A stretch of DNA of 64,000 nucleotides from Dehalococcoidia bacterium (GCA_964291495.2 OZ219871.1:1056001-1120000), one strand, 5' to 3'. Numbered from the stretch's first letter, positions 1 to 9,881 are shown. The notes: generated by a model from the letters alone, not told the origin. Numbers and translations are program-made.

Positions 1-822
1 ACGCCCGGCGCGGCGGACTCGGTGCACCTCGAGCCCTGGCCCGAGGCCGACGCGGACGCGATCGACGAGCAGCTTGGGCGCGATATCGCGGTGGTGCAGC
101 GCATGGTCTCGCTCGCCCGCGCCGCCCGCTCGAAGGCGGGCATCAAGGTGCGGCAGCCGCTGGCCTCCGCCGTGCTGACGCCGCGCACGGCTGCCGAGCG
201 CGAGTCGCTGGTCCGCCACACCGAGCAGATCGCCGACGAGTTGAACGTCAAGACCGTGACCATCGAGGAGACGCCCGGAGACCGCGTGCGCTACTCGATC
301 ACGCCCAACCTGCCCGTGCTCGGCCCGATCCACGGCCGCGAGCTGCCGGCCGTGCGCGCCGCCATCGCCGACCTCGACCCTGCCGCCACGGCGGCGACGA
401 TGCGCGCGGGGCAGCCCGTGCAGGCCGGCGAGTACACGATCGAGCCCGGCGGCCTGCGCGTCGCCGTCGAGGCGGCCGAGGGCTGGAGCGCCGCCGAGGA
501 CGGCGGGCACCTCGCGCTCGTCGCGACGGAGCTGAGCGCGGAGCTGGCGGCCGAGGGTCTCGCGCGCGACCTCGTACGCCGCTTGCAGGACCTGCGCCGC
601 GAGACCGGGCTCGACGTGAGCGACCGGATCCACGTCCGCTACGAGGGCGACGACGCGATCGCCGCCGTTGCCGCGGCGCACGGCGACTACGTCGCCGCCG
701 AAACGCTCGCGCTCTCGCTGGAGCGCGCCGCGGACAGCGTGCCCCCGGATGCGACGAGCAGCGAGACGAAGATCGAGGGCCACACCGTCACGCTCGTGCT
801 GTGGAAGGCGGAGCAGGCCTGA
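1..822 (+). CDS. ileS: isoleucyl-tRNA synthetase, C-terminal part (5'-truncated by window edge)
   Basis: VHLEPWP..RSKAGIKVRQPL..IADELNVK..EGLARDLVRRLQDLRRETGLDVSDRI; eukaryote-like (IleRS2) C-terminal domain, no zinc finger. Confidence 0.92.
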   Translation, partial: TPGAADSVHLEPWPEADADAIDEQLGRDIAVVQRMVSLARAARSKAGIKVRQPLASAVLTPRTAAERESLVRHTEQIADELNVKTVTIEETPGDRVRYSITPNLPVLGPIHGRELPAVRAAIADLDPAATAATMRAGQPVQAGEYTIEPGGLRVAVEAAEGWSAAEDGGHLALVATELSAELAAEGLARDLVRRLQDLRRETGLDVSDRIHVRYEGDDAIAAVAAAHGDYVAAETLALSLERAADSVPPDATSSETKIEGHTVTLVLWKAEQA

Positions 823-1934
823 TGGCCGATCCGGCGGACCGGCGCACGCTCGTCTGGTGCACGGGCATCAGCGGCTCGCAGCGCACCGACTACGTCAACG
901 AGGCCGCCGAGGCGATCCGCGCCGAGGGCCGCAGCTGCCTGGTGATCGACATCGGCGATCTGCTGGAGCAGGTGCCGGAGCACCTCAAGGTCGGCACCAG
1001 CCGCACCGAGCTGCTCGACGGCAACGAGGACGTGCTGCGGCTGCACCGGTCCTACGCGCTGCAGAACATGCTGCGCATGATCGAGGAGACCGAGGCCGAC
1101 GTGGTGCTGGTCTCCACTCACGCCTGCTTCCTGCGCAACGGGCGGCTGATGCCCGGTCTCGACATGCACTTCATCAAAGAGCACTTCGCCGGGCGCATCT
1201 CCGCCTTCGTGACGGTGGTGCTCGACACGCCGGACGTCTGGCGGGCGCTCGCGCAGCGGCCGGAGTGGACGGGCCGCCTGCGCCTCGCCGAGGTCGCGCT
1301 CTGGCGCGACTTCGAGGTGGCGCTCACGCGCATGCTCGCCGAGTACGAGGGCGCGCCCTTCTACCTTCTGGCCCGCCGCGATCCCGCCGAGGGCCTGGCG
1401 CGGCTGACGCGGCGCCCGCCCGCGCCCAGCGCCTACCTCAGCTACCCGATCACCGCGATCCTGCAGTCCGGCAGCACCGAGCTGATCGAGGGCGCCCGCA
1501 CGCTGGCCGCGCGGCTGCGCGACGAGGCCGGCCTCGTCGTCTTCGACCCGCTGTCGATCGAGGACCTGCCGCAGACGAAGGAGGGCGTGTCGCCGCACGA
1601 CGCAGGCGAGGAGGACGAGAGTGGGACACCCTCGATCAGCGCCGAGATGGAGGACGAGGCGGAGCCGTACCTCGTGAGCCACACCGTGGCCACGGACCTG
1701 CAGCTGATCGACCAGGCGGACATGGTGGTCGTCTACTACCCGACGGACAAGGTGTCGCCGGGCGTGTTCACGGAGATGTCGCACGCCCGCGACCGCCGCA
1801 AGCCGCTCTACCTCTGCGAGTTCCCCGGCGCGCCGGAGCGCGTCAGCCCCTTCCTCGGCCTCTTCCACACCGCCTCGTTCGAGGCGGTCGACGGCCTGAT
1901 CGCGCACCTGCTGAGCGAGCAGCAGGCGGGCTGA
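822..1934 (+). CDS. archaeal adenylate kinase-like P-loop domain fused to nucleoside 2-deoxyribosyltransferase-like domain
   Basis: ATG overlaps ileS stop (TGATG); N-term TGISGSQRT, IDIGD, VSTHACF, MPGL resemble AdkA; C-term YLSYPI, VFDP, DLQLIDQAD, SPGVFTE resemble the NDT fold. Confidence 0.65.
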   Translation: MADPADRRTLVWCTGISGSQRTDYVNEAAEAIRAEGRSCLVIDIGDLLEQVPEHLKVGTSRTELLDGNEDVLRLHRSYALQNMLRMIEETEADVVLVSTHACFLRNGRLMPGLDMHFIKEHFAGRISAFVTVVLDTPDVWRALAQRPEWTGRLRLAEVALWRDFEVALTRMLAEYEGAPFYLLARRDPAEGLARLTRRPPAPSAYLSYPITAILQSGSTELIEGARTLAARLRDEAGLVVFDPLSIEDLPQTKEGVSPHDAGEEDESGTPSISAEMEDEAEPYLVSHTVATDLQLIDQADMVVVYYPTDKVSPGVFTEMSHARDRRKPLYLCEFPGAPERVSPFLGLFHTASFEAVDGLIAHLLSEQQAG

Positions 1935-1957
1935 GCCGGGAACGAGGCAGGCGGCCG

Positions 1958-2839
1958 TCAGCCGTCGCGGCGGCGCCGCGAGGCCTCGGCGGCGACTTCC
2001 GCGCCGAAGAGCAGGATCAGCGAGCTGACGAAGACCCAGGCGAGCAGCGCGATCACGCCGCCGAGCGAACCGTAGACGATGTCGTAGGCGCCGAAGTTCT
2101 CGAAGTAGATCGCGAAGCCGAACGTGCCGACCTGCAACCCGATGGTCGCGATCAGCGCCCCCGGCCAGAGATCGACCGCACGCAGCGAGCGGTTGGGCAA
2201 GAAGAGGTAGAGCAGCAGCAGCCCCACGAAGCTGAGCAGCGCCGGGATGGCGATCGCGCCGACCTCCCAGAACAGCGTCACCTCACCGAGGAGCGTCGTC
2301 TCGCGGGCAAGCGCCTCAAAGAACCGCCAGACGGTGGAGAGCAAGAGCGAGGCGATGAAAAGCAGGCCGAGCACCGGCAGCACCGTCATGTCGACCAGCC
2401 AGCCGATCAGCAACGGACGCCGGTGCTCGGTACGGAAGATCGCGTTGAGCGAGCCTCGCAACGCGCGAGCGAGGGCGGTGGCCGCGATCAGCGTGCCAAT
2501 CAGGGCGAAGACGCCCATGCTCGCGCCTCGACCCGCGACGTTGCTGACCGCCTCGGAGATCGTCGGCGCCTCGACCGGGAGCGCCGCCACGATCTCGGTC
2601 AACACGCGCTGTTGCAGCTCGTCGTCGCGCAGCACCACGCCGAAGATCGCGAGGGCGAGCAGCAGGAACGGGAAGATCGAGAGCAGCGCGAAGTAGGAGA
2701 TCGCAGCCGCCATCAGGTGCACGCGGTTCCCGCCGAAGTTGAAGGCGGCATGCCAGAGCACGAGCACCCAGTGCACGACCGACGCCGGGAGGCGAACGAA
2801 CCACCGCGCCAGCGCCCGAGCGATCGTCTCGACGGACAC
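1958..2839 (-). CDS. YihY/virulence factor BrkB family membrane protein
   Basis: AAAISYFALLSIFP and YGSLGGVIALLAWVFVSSLILLFGAE motifs; GTG start after GAGG RBS. Confidence 0.88.
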   Translation of the reverse strand: MSVETIARALARWFVRLPASVVHWVLVLWHAAFNFGGNRVHLMAAAISYFALLSIFPFLLLALAIFGVVLRDDELQQRVLTEIVAALPVEAPTISEAVSNVAGRGASMGVFALIGTLIAATALARALRGSLNAIFRTEHRRPLLIGWLVDMTVLPVLGLLFIASLLLSTVWRFFEALARETTLLGEVTLFWEVGAIAIPALLSFVGLLLLYLFLPNRSLRAVDLWPGALIATIGLQVGTFGFAIYFENFGAYDIVYGSLGGVIALLAWVFVSSLILLFGAEVAAEASRRRRDG

Positions 2840-2939
2840 GTGCCCTCCCCTCACCGGCCGGGCGCCACACGAGCCTCGACCCTCGCCGCTCGTGCGGCGA
2901 TCCTATGATCGGAGGGCGTGGCGAGGCCAAGCGAGGAGC

Positions 2940-4130
2940 ATGGTGAGCGAAAGCGGCAGCGAGGGCACGCGCACGGAGGGCGGCGGCGAAGCGCGCGAGC
3001 CGCTGCATCGCCGCGTCGTGCTCAAGGTCGGCACGAACCTGCTGACCGGGGGCGGCGATCACCTCGACCGCGCGATCATGACGACCATCGCCGACCAGCT
3101 CGCCGAGGCGCACGCCGCCGGCTGCGAGATCGTGTTCGTGACCTCGGGAGCAATCGCCGCCGGCCGCGATCGCCTCGCCGCGGCGCGCGGCGGTGACGAG
3201 GCTATCCGGCTGCCGCACCACCTCACGAGGAAGCAGGTGCTGGCCGCGCTCGGCCAGGGACCGCTGCTCTCGCTCTGGGACGAGCTGCTTGCCGCGCGCT
3301 CGATCACCATCGCGCAGGCGCTGCTCGGAGGCTCCGACCTCGCCGACCGGCAGGGCTACCTCAACGCGCGCAACACGCTGCTCGCGCTGCTCGACCTCGG
3401 CGTCGTACCGGTCGTCAACGAGAACGACGTCGTCTCCGTGGAGGAGATCCAGGACGCCACGATCGGCGACAACGACAGTCTCTCCGCGCACGTCGCCAAC
3501 CTCGTCGACGCCGACCTGCTGCTGATGCTGACCGACATCGCCGGCCTCTACAGCGCGGACCCGACACGCGACTCCGGAGCGCGGCTAATCGAGCGCGTCG
3601 ACCACATCGGCGCGGCGATCGAGGCGGCCGCGCGGGGGCCGGGCGCGCGCGGCCGCGGTGGGATGCGCACCAAGGTGGAGGCCGCGCGCCTGGCGACGCA
3701 GTCTGGTGCGCACGCGGTGATCGCCGACGGCCGCCGCCCGCACGTCGTGCGCGACGCCGTGCGCGGCGAGTCGGTCGGTACCTGGTTCGCACCGACCACG
3801 GACCGCCTCGAGAGCCGCCGCCGCTACCTGCTCTCCCCGCTGCACGTGCAGGGCTCGATCACGATCGACGAGGGCGCCGTGCGCGCGCTGGTGCGGCACG
3901 GGCGCTCGCTGCTGCCGGCCGGCATCGTCGCCACCAGCGGCGAGTTCGAGCGCGGCCACGTCGTCCGCATCGAGAGCCGCGAGGGCGAGCACATCGCGAG
4001 CGGCCGCGCGAACTACGGCGCCGAGGCGCTGCGCCGCATCAGCGGCGTGCACTCGGACCGCATCGAGGAGCTGCTCGGCTACGACTACGGAGACGAGGCC
4101 GTGCATCGCGACAACCTGGTGCTGCTGTAG
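2940..4130 (+). CDS. proB: glutamate 5-kinase
   Basis: VVLKVGT, VTSGAIAAG, NENDVV, GDNDSLSA, GGMRTK, C-terminal PUA domain; GAGGAG RBS. Confidence 0.96.
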   Translation: MVSESGSEGTRTEGGGEAREPLHRRVVLKVGTNLLTGGGDHLDRAIMTTIADQLAEAHAAGCEIVFVTSGAIAAGRDRLAAARGGDEAIRLPHHLTRKQVLAALGQGPLLSLWDELLAARSITIAQALLGGSDLADRQGYLNARNTLLALLDLGVVPVVNENDVVSVEEIQDATIGDNDSLSAHVANLVDADLLLMLTDIAGLYSADPTRDSGARLIERVDHIGAAIEAAARGPGARGRGGMRTKVEAARLATQSGAHAVIADGRRPHVVRDAVRGESVGTWFAPTTDRLESRRRYLLSPLHVQGSITIDEGAVRALVRHGRSLLPAGIVATSGEFERGHVVRIESREGEHIASGRANYGAEALRRISGVHSDRIEELLGYDYGDEAVHRDNLVLL

Positions 4131-4397
4131 CGGTCGGACCCCCTCCGTCGTTGCGGATGCGGGCTCCGCGTACGAGGGCTCGCCGGGCGGCGCCCGCCGA
4201 TCAACTCCGTTCCGGGCAACAGAGTGCCGCGGACTGACCGTCCGACCCGCACGAGCGGGGAGCGGCAGACTACGCACGCTATGCTCTCTGCCCACCCCCC
4301 GAAGTCGTGCGCGTGCCGCCGGTGAACCACGTGGCCGGCAGCGCCGTCCGGCGTTACCGGCAGCCCGCGAGCAACTGGAGAGTGATCGGAGGCCATC

Positions 4398-5483
4398 GTG
4401 ATGCTGATGCAAAGAGGGAAGACCGTCGTCATTGGGCTGCTCGTGGCCGTGATCGCGCTCGGCGCGGGGATCGCGGCCGCGCACGACAGCGGCACAGAGG
4501 TGCGAATCACTGCGATGCGCCTCGAAAACGGTCGGATCGAGGTAGCGCTCCAGGAACGCGAGGGCAGCGGTTGGGGCGAGCACATCCTGCCCACGCGCCG
4601 GTTCTTCCCGGCGAGCGGGACGACGGGCCGGTGGCTGAGTTCATCGCCAATCACCGTCGGTATGGTCGAAACGCCAGACCGTGCAGTCACGAACCTCGAG
4701 TCGGCGACCTACCTGACCGAGAACGCCAGCGCAGGCAGCGCCACGCTCGAGGACGGCGAGTTCCGCGAGCAGGCCGCGCCGGGTTCGGCAACCGAAGTCG
4801 TGATCCGGCTCGGCAAGTGGTCGCTCGGCGACATCGACGGGCAGGGCGCCCTCGATGCAGTTGCGATCACCGTCGAGGATCCGGGCGGAAGCGGCACGTT
4901 CCGTTACCTGCACGCGCTGATCAACGAGGATGCCGACCTGCGGGACGCCGGCGTTGCCTTCCTCGGCGACCGCATCCGGATCGAGGGCGTCTCCGTCCAC
5001 GCGGGCCTCATCACCGTCGCCATGCTCGACCGCAGGCCGGACGAGCCCTACGCCGCGCCGCCCACGGTCCCCGTCATCCGCCAGTTCCGTCTGCACGGCG
5101 CCGAACTGACCGAGGTGAGCAACAGTGCCGGCGACAGCGTGTTCGCGTGCGACTCGACGCTGCCGGAGGCCGCGCTGGTCATCGTGCGCTCGCCGGAAAG
5201 CGGGGCCACGGTCGCGAGTGGGTTCGAGGTAAGCGGCTGCTCGCGGACGAACGAGTCGAACGTCGTCTGGCGGCTGCTCGATCGCAGCGGCGCCGTGCTG
5301 ACCGAGGGGTTCACCAGCGGCGGCGGCTTCGACGGCCCGGGCGAGTTCAGCTTCACCGTCGAGTACGAGAGCGCCGAGCGACAGCTCGGGCACCTCGAGG
5401 TGTTCGAGGTCGACGAGTCCGGGGGCCAGGGCTTCCCGCCGCCGCGCGACGTCGTGCCGCTGTGGCTTGAGGCGGCGCCCTGA
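4398..5483 (+). CDS. secreted multidomain protein with C-terminal Gmad2-like Ig domain
   Basis: signal peptide (..LGAGIAAAHD); C-term IVRSPESG..VSGCSRTNESNVVWRL..GEFSFTV..LEVFE pattern; exact start uncertain. Confidence 0.65.
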   Translation: MMLMQRGKTVVIGLLVAVIALGAGIAAAHDSGTEVRITAMRLENGRIEVALQEREGSGWGEHILPTRRFFPASGTTGRWLSSSPITVGMVETPDRAVTNLESATYLTENASAGSATLEDGEFREQAAPGSATEVVIRLGKWSLGDIDGQGALDAVAITVEDPGGSGTFRYLHALINEDADLRDAGVAFLGDRIRIEGVSVHAGLITVAMLDRRPDEPYAAPPTVPVIRQFRLHGAELTEVSNSAGDSVFACDSTLPEAALVIVRSPESGATVASGFEVSGCSRTNESNVVWRLLDRSGAVLTEGFTSGGGFDGPGEFSFTVEYESAERQLGHLEVFEVDESGGQGFPPPRDVVPLWLEAAP

Positions 5484-5526
5484 GCCGGGGGAGACGGTCC
5501 GGCCAGCGGCGGATAGACTCGTTGGC

Positions 5527-6798
5527 ATGACGACGACAACACAATCCGAGGCAGTCGAGCGCGCCACCCGCGTGCGCGAGGCGAGCCGCCGCCTTGGCAC
5601 CACCCCCAGCGCCCGCAGGGACGCGGCCCTCGAGGCGATCGCCGACGCCCTCGAGGCCCAGACCGACGCGATCCTCGCGATCAACGGACCGGAGCTCGAG
5701 CGCGCGGAGGCGAACGGCGTCGCCGGATCGTTCCTCGACCGCATGGCGCTCACGCCGGAGCGCGTCGCCGGAATCGCCGGGGACGTGCGCGCCGTCGCCG
5801 CGCTGCCCGACCCGGTCGGCCAGATCGAGGAGCTGCGGACTCGCCCCAACGGCCTGCAGGTGGGCCGGATGCGCGTGCCGCTCGGCGTGATCGGCGCGAT
5901 CTACGAGTCGCGTCCCAACGTGACGATCGACATCGCCTCGGTCTGCCTCAAGTCCGGCAACGCCGTGCTGCTGCGCTCCGGCAGCGACGCGCACGCAAGC
6001 TCCGGGGCACTGGCCTCGATCGCCGCGCGCGCCGCCGAGGAGGCGGGCCTGCCCGCGCACTGCGTCGAGTTCATCCAGTCCACCGACCGCGCCGAGGTGG
6101 GCGAGATGCTGCGCGCCCATGAGCAGATCGACCTGATGATTCCTCGCGGTGGGTCCGACCTGATCCGCCGCGTCCGCGACGAGGCCACGATGCCCGTCGT
6201 CGCGGGCGGCATTGGCGTCTGCCACACCTACATCGACGCCGACGCCGACCTCGAGATGGCCGAGCCGATCGTCGTCAACGCGAAGACGCAGCGGCCCTCG
6301 GTCTGCAACGCGATGGACACGCTGCTCGTGCATCGCGACGTCGCGGCGCAGTTCGTGCCGCAGATCGTCCGCGTGCTCGGCGATCGCGGCGTCACCGTGC
6401 ACGCCGACGCGCGCGCCGGCGCCCTCGCTGGCGAGGCCCCGAACGCCGTCCCCGTCGCCGAGGAGGACTACGACCGCGAGTGGCTCTCGCTCGACTGCTC
6501 GCTGCGCATCGTCGATTCCCTCGACGACGCGCTCGCGCACATCGAGGAGCACGGCAGCGGGCACTCCGAGGCGATCGTCAGCGACTCGTACGCGGCGGCG
6601 CAGCGCTTCCTGCGCGAGGCGGACGCCTCGGCGGTCTTCGTCAACGCCTCCACCTACTTCAACGACGGCGCGCAGTTCGGCCTCGGCTGCGAGGTCGGCA
6701 TCTCCACGCAGAAGATGCACGCGCGCGGTCCGATGGGGCTGCGCGAGCTGACCTCGTACAAGTGGGTCGTGCTCGGGCGCGGCCAGATCCGCACCTGA
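5527..6798 (+). CDS. proA: gamma-glutamyl phosphate reductase
   Basis: VPLGVIGAIYESRPNVT, SVCNAMDTLL, GCEVGISTQKMHARGPMGLRELT. Confidence 0.97.
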   Translation: MTTTTQSEAVERATRVREASRRLGTTPSARRDAALEAIADALEAQTDAILAINGPELERAEANGVAGSFLDRMALTPERVAGIAGDVRAVAALPDPVGQIEELRTRPNGLQVGRMRVPLGVIGAIYESRPNVTIDIASVCLKSGNAVLLRSGSDAHASSGALASIAARAAEEAGLPAHCVEFIQSTDRAEVGEMLRAHEQIDLMIPRGGSDLIRRVRDEATMPVVAGGIGVCHTYIDADADLEMAEPIVVNAKTQRPSVCNAMDTLLVHRDVAAQFVPQIVRVLGDRGVTVHADARAGALAGEAPNAVPVAEEDYDREWLSLDCSLRIVDSLDDALAHIEEHGSGHSEAIVSDSYAAAQRFLREADASAVFVNASTYFNDGAQFGLGCEVGISTQKMHARGPMGLRELTSYKWVVLGRGQIRT

Positions 6799-6834
6799 CG
6801 CCCGCGCTTCATCCGCGTCACCAAGGAGGGTCAG

Positions 6835-7164
6835 ATGGCTGAGTTCCGGTTCACGCGAGAGGCGCGCACTCCGCACTCCGAGTCCTACCGTGTCGACGAC
6901 GGCGAGCACGCGATCGCCCGCGCCGACATCCACCTCACGGCGGCCGGCGCGCACGCCACCCTCGCCGTCCACCAGTCCGTCTCCGACGACACCCTGCACG
7001 ACCTCCTCGAGGCGCTCGACGACGAGATCGTTTCCACGGCCGACCCCTACCGCGAGGACCTGATCGTCACCGTCTGGCGCGGCGAGGAGGTCGGCGTCTT
7101 CGCCGACGACAGCGACGATGAGGACGAAGACGAAGACGAGGATGCCGACGACGACGAGTCGTAG
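6835..7164 (+). CDS. hypothetical protein with highly acidic C-terminal tail
   Basis: strong AAGGAGG RBS, host-like codon usage, DDSDDEDEDEDEDADDDES tail. Confidence 0.75.
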   Translation: MAEFRFTREARTPHSESYRVDDGEHAIARADIHLTAAGAHATLAVHQSVSDDTLHDLLEALDDEIVSTADPYREDLIVTVWRGEEVGVFADDSDDEDEDEDEDADDDES

Positions 7165-7930
7165 GGCGTCGCTGCCCGCACCCGACCAGATCGAGGCGAT
7201 CCTCTTCGACCTCGACGACACGCTCGTCGACGCGCGCGGTAGCTGGCGCGCCGGCTTCGCCGAGGCGATCGCCGAGCTGCACGCGCGCAGCCCCGTCCTC
7301 CAGCGCCTCGGATCGCCGACGGCAATTTACGACGGCTGGTTCCGCCACTACAGCGAGGACGCGCACCGCGCCGCCGGCTTCGGTGAGTGGCAGGCGCGCT
7401 TCACCATCGAGGCGTTCGAGCGGCTCGTCGCCGAGCACTTGGGCCCGGATCCGGCGCTCACCTCGCGGCTCGTCGCGCGCTACCAGGCGGCCACGCCCGG
7501 ACACCTCGCGATCTTCCCGGACGCCGAGCCGCTGCTCGAACGGCTCGGCGCGCGCTACCCGCTCGGCCTAATCTCGAACGGACCGGGCGAGCTGCAGCGC
7601 CCGAAGATCGAGAAGTTCTCGCTCGAACGCCACTTCGAGGTCGTGCTGGTCTCCGGCGAGTTCGGCGTGCGCAAGCCGGACCCGCGGATCTTCGCGAGCG
7701 CCCTCGAGGCGCTGGACGTCTCGCCGGAGCACGCCGTCTTCATCGGCGACAACCCCACCGACGACGTCGCGGGCGCATGCGCCCTCGGGCTATCGGCAAT
7801 CTGGGTGAACCGCGGCGACTGGCCGGCCCCGGACCCCGGCAATGCAGCCGCGCTGCCCCACGCCGAGGTCCACGAGCTGCGCGAGATACCGGGAGCGCTT
7901 GGCCTCGGAGGCAGCGAGGGCGCGAAGTAG
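7142..7930 (+). CDS. HAD-superfamily hydrolase
   Basis: LFDLDDTL, ISNG, KPDPRIF, FIGDNPTDDVAGA; start codon uncertain. Confidence 0.88.
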   Translation: MPTTTSRRASLPAPDQIEAILFDLDDTLVDARGSWRAGFAEAIAELHARSPVLQRLGSPTAIYDGWFRHYSEDAHRAAGFGEWQARFTIEAFERLVAEHLGPDPALTSRLVARYQAATPGHLAIFPDAEPLLERLGARYPLGLISNGPGELQRPKIEKFSLERHFEVVLVSGEFGVRKPDPRIFASALEALDVSPEHAVFIGDNPTDDVAGACALGLSAIWVNRGDWPAPDPGNAAALPHAEVHELREIPGALGLGGSEGAK

Positions 7931-7937
7931 GGTTCGC

Positions 7938-8888
7938 TTAGCCGGACTTGCGGCCGACGGCGCGCAGCGCGGCGGCGGCGATCGCCTGCGGGGTCAGCCC
8001 GACGATCTCCAGCACCTCGTGCCAGACGCCGGACTCGCCGTAGCGGTTGTCGATGCCGACGAACTCCATCGGCACGGGCGCGCGCGTAGCCAGCGCCTGC
8101 GCGCACATCGCGCCGAGGCCGGAGTGCATCAGGTGCTCCTCGGCGACGACGATCGCCCCCGTCTCGGCGGCGGCGCGGGTCAGCGCCTCCACGTCCAGCG
8201 GGCGGATCGTCGCCATGTTGAGCACGCGCGCCTCGATGCCCCCCGCCGCCAGCGATTCAGCGGCCTCCAGAGTGCGCTCGACCATCAGCCCGTACGAGAT
8301 GAGCGTGACGTCGCCGCCCTCGCGCAACTGGTCGGCGCGGCCCAGCTCGAAGCGCGCGCCGTCGGTGTAGAGCACCGCGTGCTTCGGGCGGTCCGTGCGG
8401 ATGTAGAACGGGCCGGGCGTGCGGATCGCCGCCTCGATCACCGCCTCCGCCTCGACCACGTCGGCCGGCACGACGACGTTGAAGTTGACGAGCGAGGACA
8501 TCACCGCGATGTCCTCGACAGACTGCGCCGAGGCGCCGTCCTCGCCGACGGAGACGCCGCCGTGGGAGGCGATCATCTTGACGCTGAGGTTCGGCTGCGA
8601 GACGGACATGCGCAGCTGGTCGTAGGCGTGCTCGGCGAAGACGGCGAACGTCGTCGCGACGGCGATGCGGCCCATCGCCGCCATCCCCGCTGCGGCCGAG
8701 ATCATGTTCTGCTCCGCAACGCCGAAGCTGAAGAAGCGCTCCGGAAAGCGGTCTCCGAACAGCCGCGCCGAGGTCGACTTCCCGAGGTCGGCGTCGGCCA
8801 CGACGATGTCGTGGCCCTCCTCGTGCAGCCGGATCAGCGTCGGGCCGGTCGCCTCGCGGGTTGCGGCGGGAGCGGGTGCGGTGGTCAT
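7938..8888 (-). CDS. transketolase, C-terminal (pyrimidine-binding) subunit
   Basis: DADLGKST, GVAEQNM, GEDGASAQSVED, TIRPLD; start overlaps stop of upstream subunit (ATGA). Confidence 0.93.
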   Translation of the reverse strand: MTTAPAPAATREATGPTLIRLHEEGHDIVVADADLGKSTSARLFGDRFPERFFSFGVAEQNMISAAAGMAAMGRIAVATTFAVFAEHAYDQLRMSVSQPNLSVKMIASHGGVSVGEDGASAQSVEDIAVMSSLVNFNVVVPADVVEAEAVIEAAIRTPGPFYIRTDRPKHAVLYTDGARFELGRADQLREGGDVTLISYGLMVERTLEAAESLAAGGIEARVLNMATIRPLDVEALTRAAAETGAIVVAEEHLMHSGLGAMCAQALATRAPVPMEFVGIDNRYGESGVWHEVLEIVGLTPQAIAAAALRAVGRKSG

Positions 8889-9763
8889 GCCTGCGCCTCC
8901 GGCGTCACGCCCAGCTCGGCGAGCGCCTGCTCGTACTGCTCCGGGGAGGGCGGCGCGCCGTGGAAGCCGGGGTTGTCCTCCATGAAGGAGACGCCGCGCC
9001 CCTTCACGGTGTCGAAGATCACGCAGGCCGGCTGCCCGCGCACCTCGGTGGCCCAGCGGAGCGCCTCTTCGACGGCGGCCGTGTCGTGTCCGTCCACCCC
9101 GCTGCGCACGGCCCAGCCGAACGACTCGTACTTGCGGTCCAGCGGCTCGGTCACCATCGTCGAGGCGGTGTGGTCGTCGTTCTGGATGCCGTTCTTGTCG
9201 ATCAGCGCGATCAGGCCCTCGGCCGCGTGGTGCGAGGCCGCCATCGCCGCCTCCCAGACCTGGCCCTCGTTCTGCTCGCCGTCGCCCATCAGCACCCACA
9301 CGCGCGTGTCCGCGCCGGCGAGGCGCGCCGAGAGCCGCATGCCGAGGCCGAACGAGAGCCCCATGCCCAGCGAGCCCGCGCTGTTCTCGACACCCGGCGG
9401 CTTGCCGAGGACGGAGTGCCCCTGCAGCCGCGTGCCCTTCGTGCGGAAGGTGTCCAGCTCCTCGACGGGGAAGTAGCCAAGCTCGGCGAGCAGCGCGTAC
9501 TGCACGGGCGTGGCGTGGCCCTTGCTCATCACGAAGCGGTCGCGCTCCGGCCAGTCCGGGCGCTGCGGATCCTGGCGCATGATCCTCGTGTAGAGCACGG
9601 ACATGATCTCGGCGGCGGACATCGAGCCGCCGATGTGGCCGGAGCTGGCCTCGAAGACCATGCGCACGATGTGCCGGCGGACGCGCCGGATCAGCGCATC
9701 GAGATCGGAGTCGTCAGTGGCGGAACTGGTCCCATCGGGACCGCGCTGTGTATCGGTGACCAT
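8885..9763 (-). CDS. transketolase, N-terminal (TPP-binding) subunit
   Basis: SGHIGGSMS, RDRFVMSKGH, GDGEQNEGQVWEA, TVKGRG. Confidence 0.94.
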   Translation of the reverse strand: MVTDTQRGPDGTSSATDDSDLDALIRRVRRHIVRMVFEASSGHIGGSMSAAEIMSVLYTRIMRQDPQRPDWPERDRFVMSKGHATPVQYALLAELGYFPVEELDTFRTKGTRLQGHSVLGKPPGVENSAGSLGMGLSFGLGMRLSARLAGADTRVWVLMGDGEQNEGQVWEAAMAASHHAAEGLIALIDKNGIQNDDHTASTMVTEPLDRKYESFGWAVRSGVDGHDTAAVEEALRWATEVRGQPACVIFDTVKGRGVSFMEDNPGFHGAPPSPEQYEQALAELGVTPEAQA

Positions 9764-9881
9764 CGCGCCCCTGCGTACCGGGGAGGCCCTGCGATCGCAG
9801 GGTGTGGCGCGAGTATACGCACGCGCAATCCGCAGGCGCTACGCCGCCGCGGGCGCGATCCTCAAGCGACCTCCGAGGGCG

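Noticed and set aside
668-2908. 746-aa ORF and similar Arg/Pro-rich alternative-frame ORFs throughout the window
   Set aside because: Overlap well-supported genes; composition typical of off-frame GC-rich translation
4131-4397. Possible sRNA/riboswitch between proB and the secreted protein gene
   Set aside because: No recognisable conserved motif or terminator; only a candidate -10 (TATGCT)
7110-7160. GAC/GAG trinucleotide-like repeat
   Set aside because: Simply encodes the Asp/Glu tail; not a contingency repeat
9787-9802. Perfect 16-bp palindrome CCCTGCGATCGCAGGG in the transketolase leader
   Set aside because: Single GC-rich instance with no recognisable regulator motif; may be just a 5' hairpin
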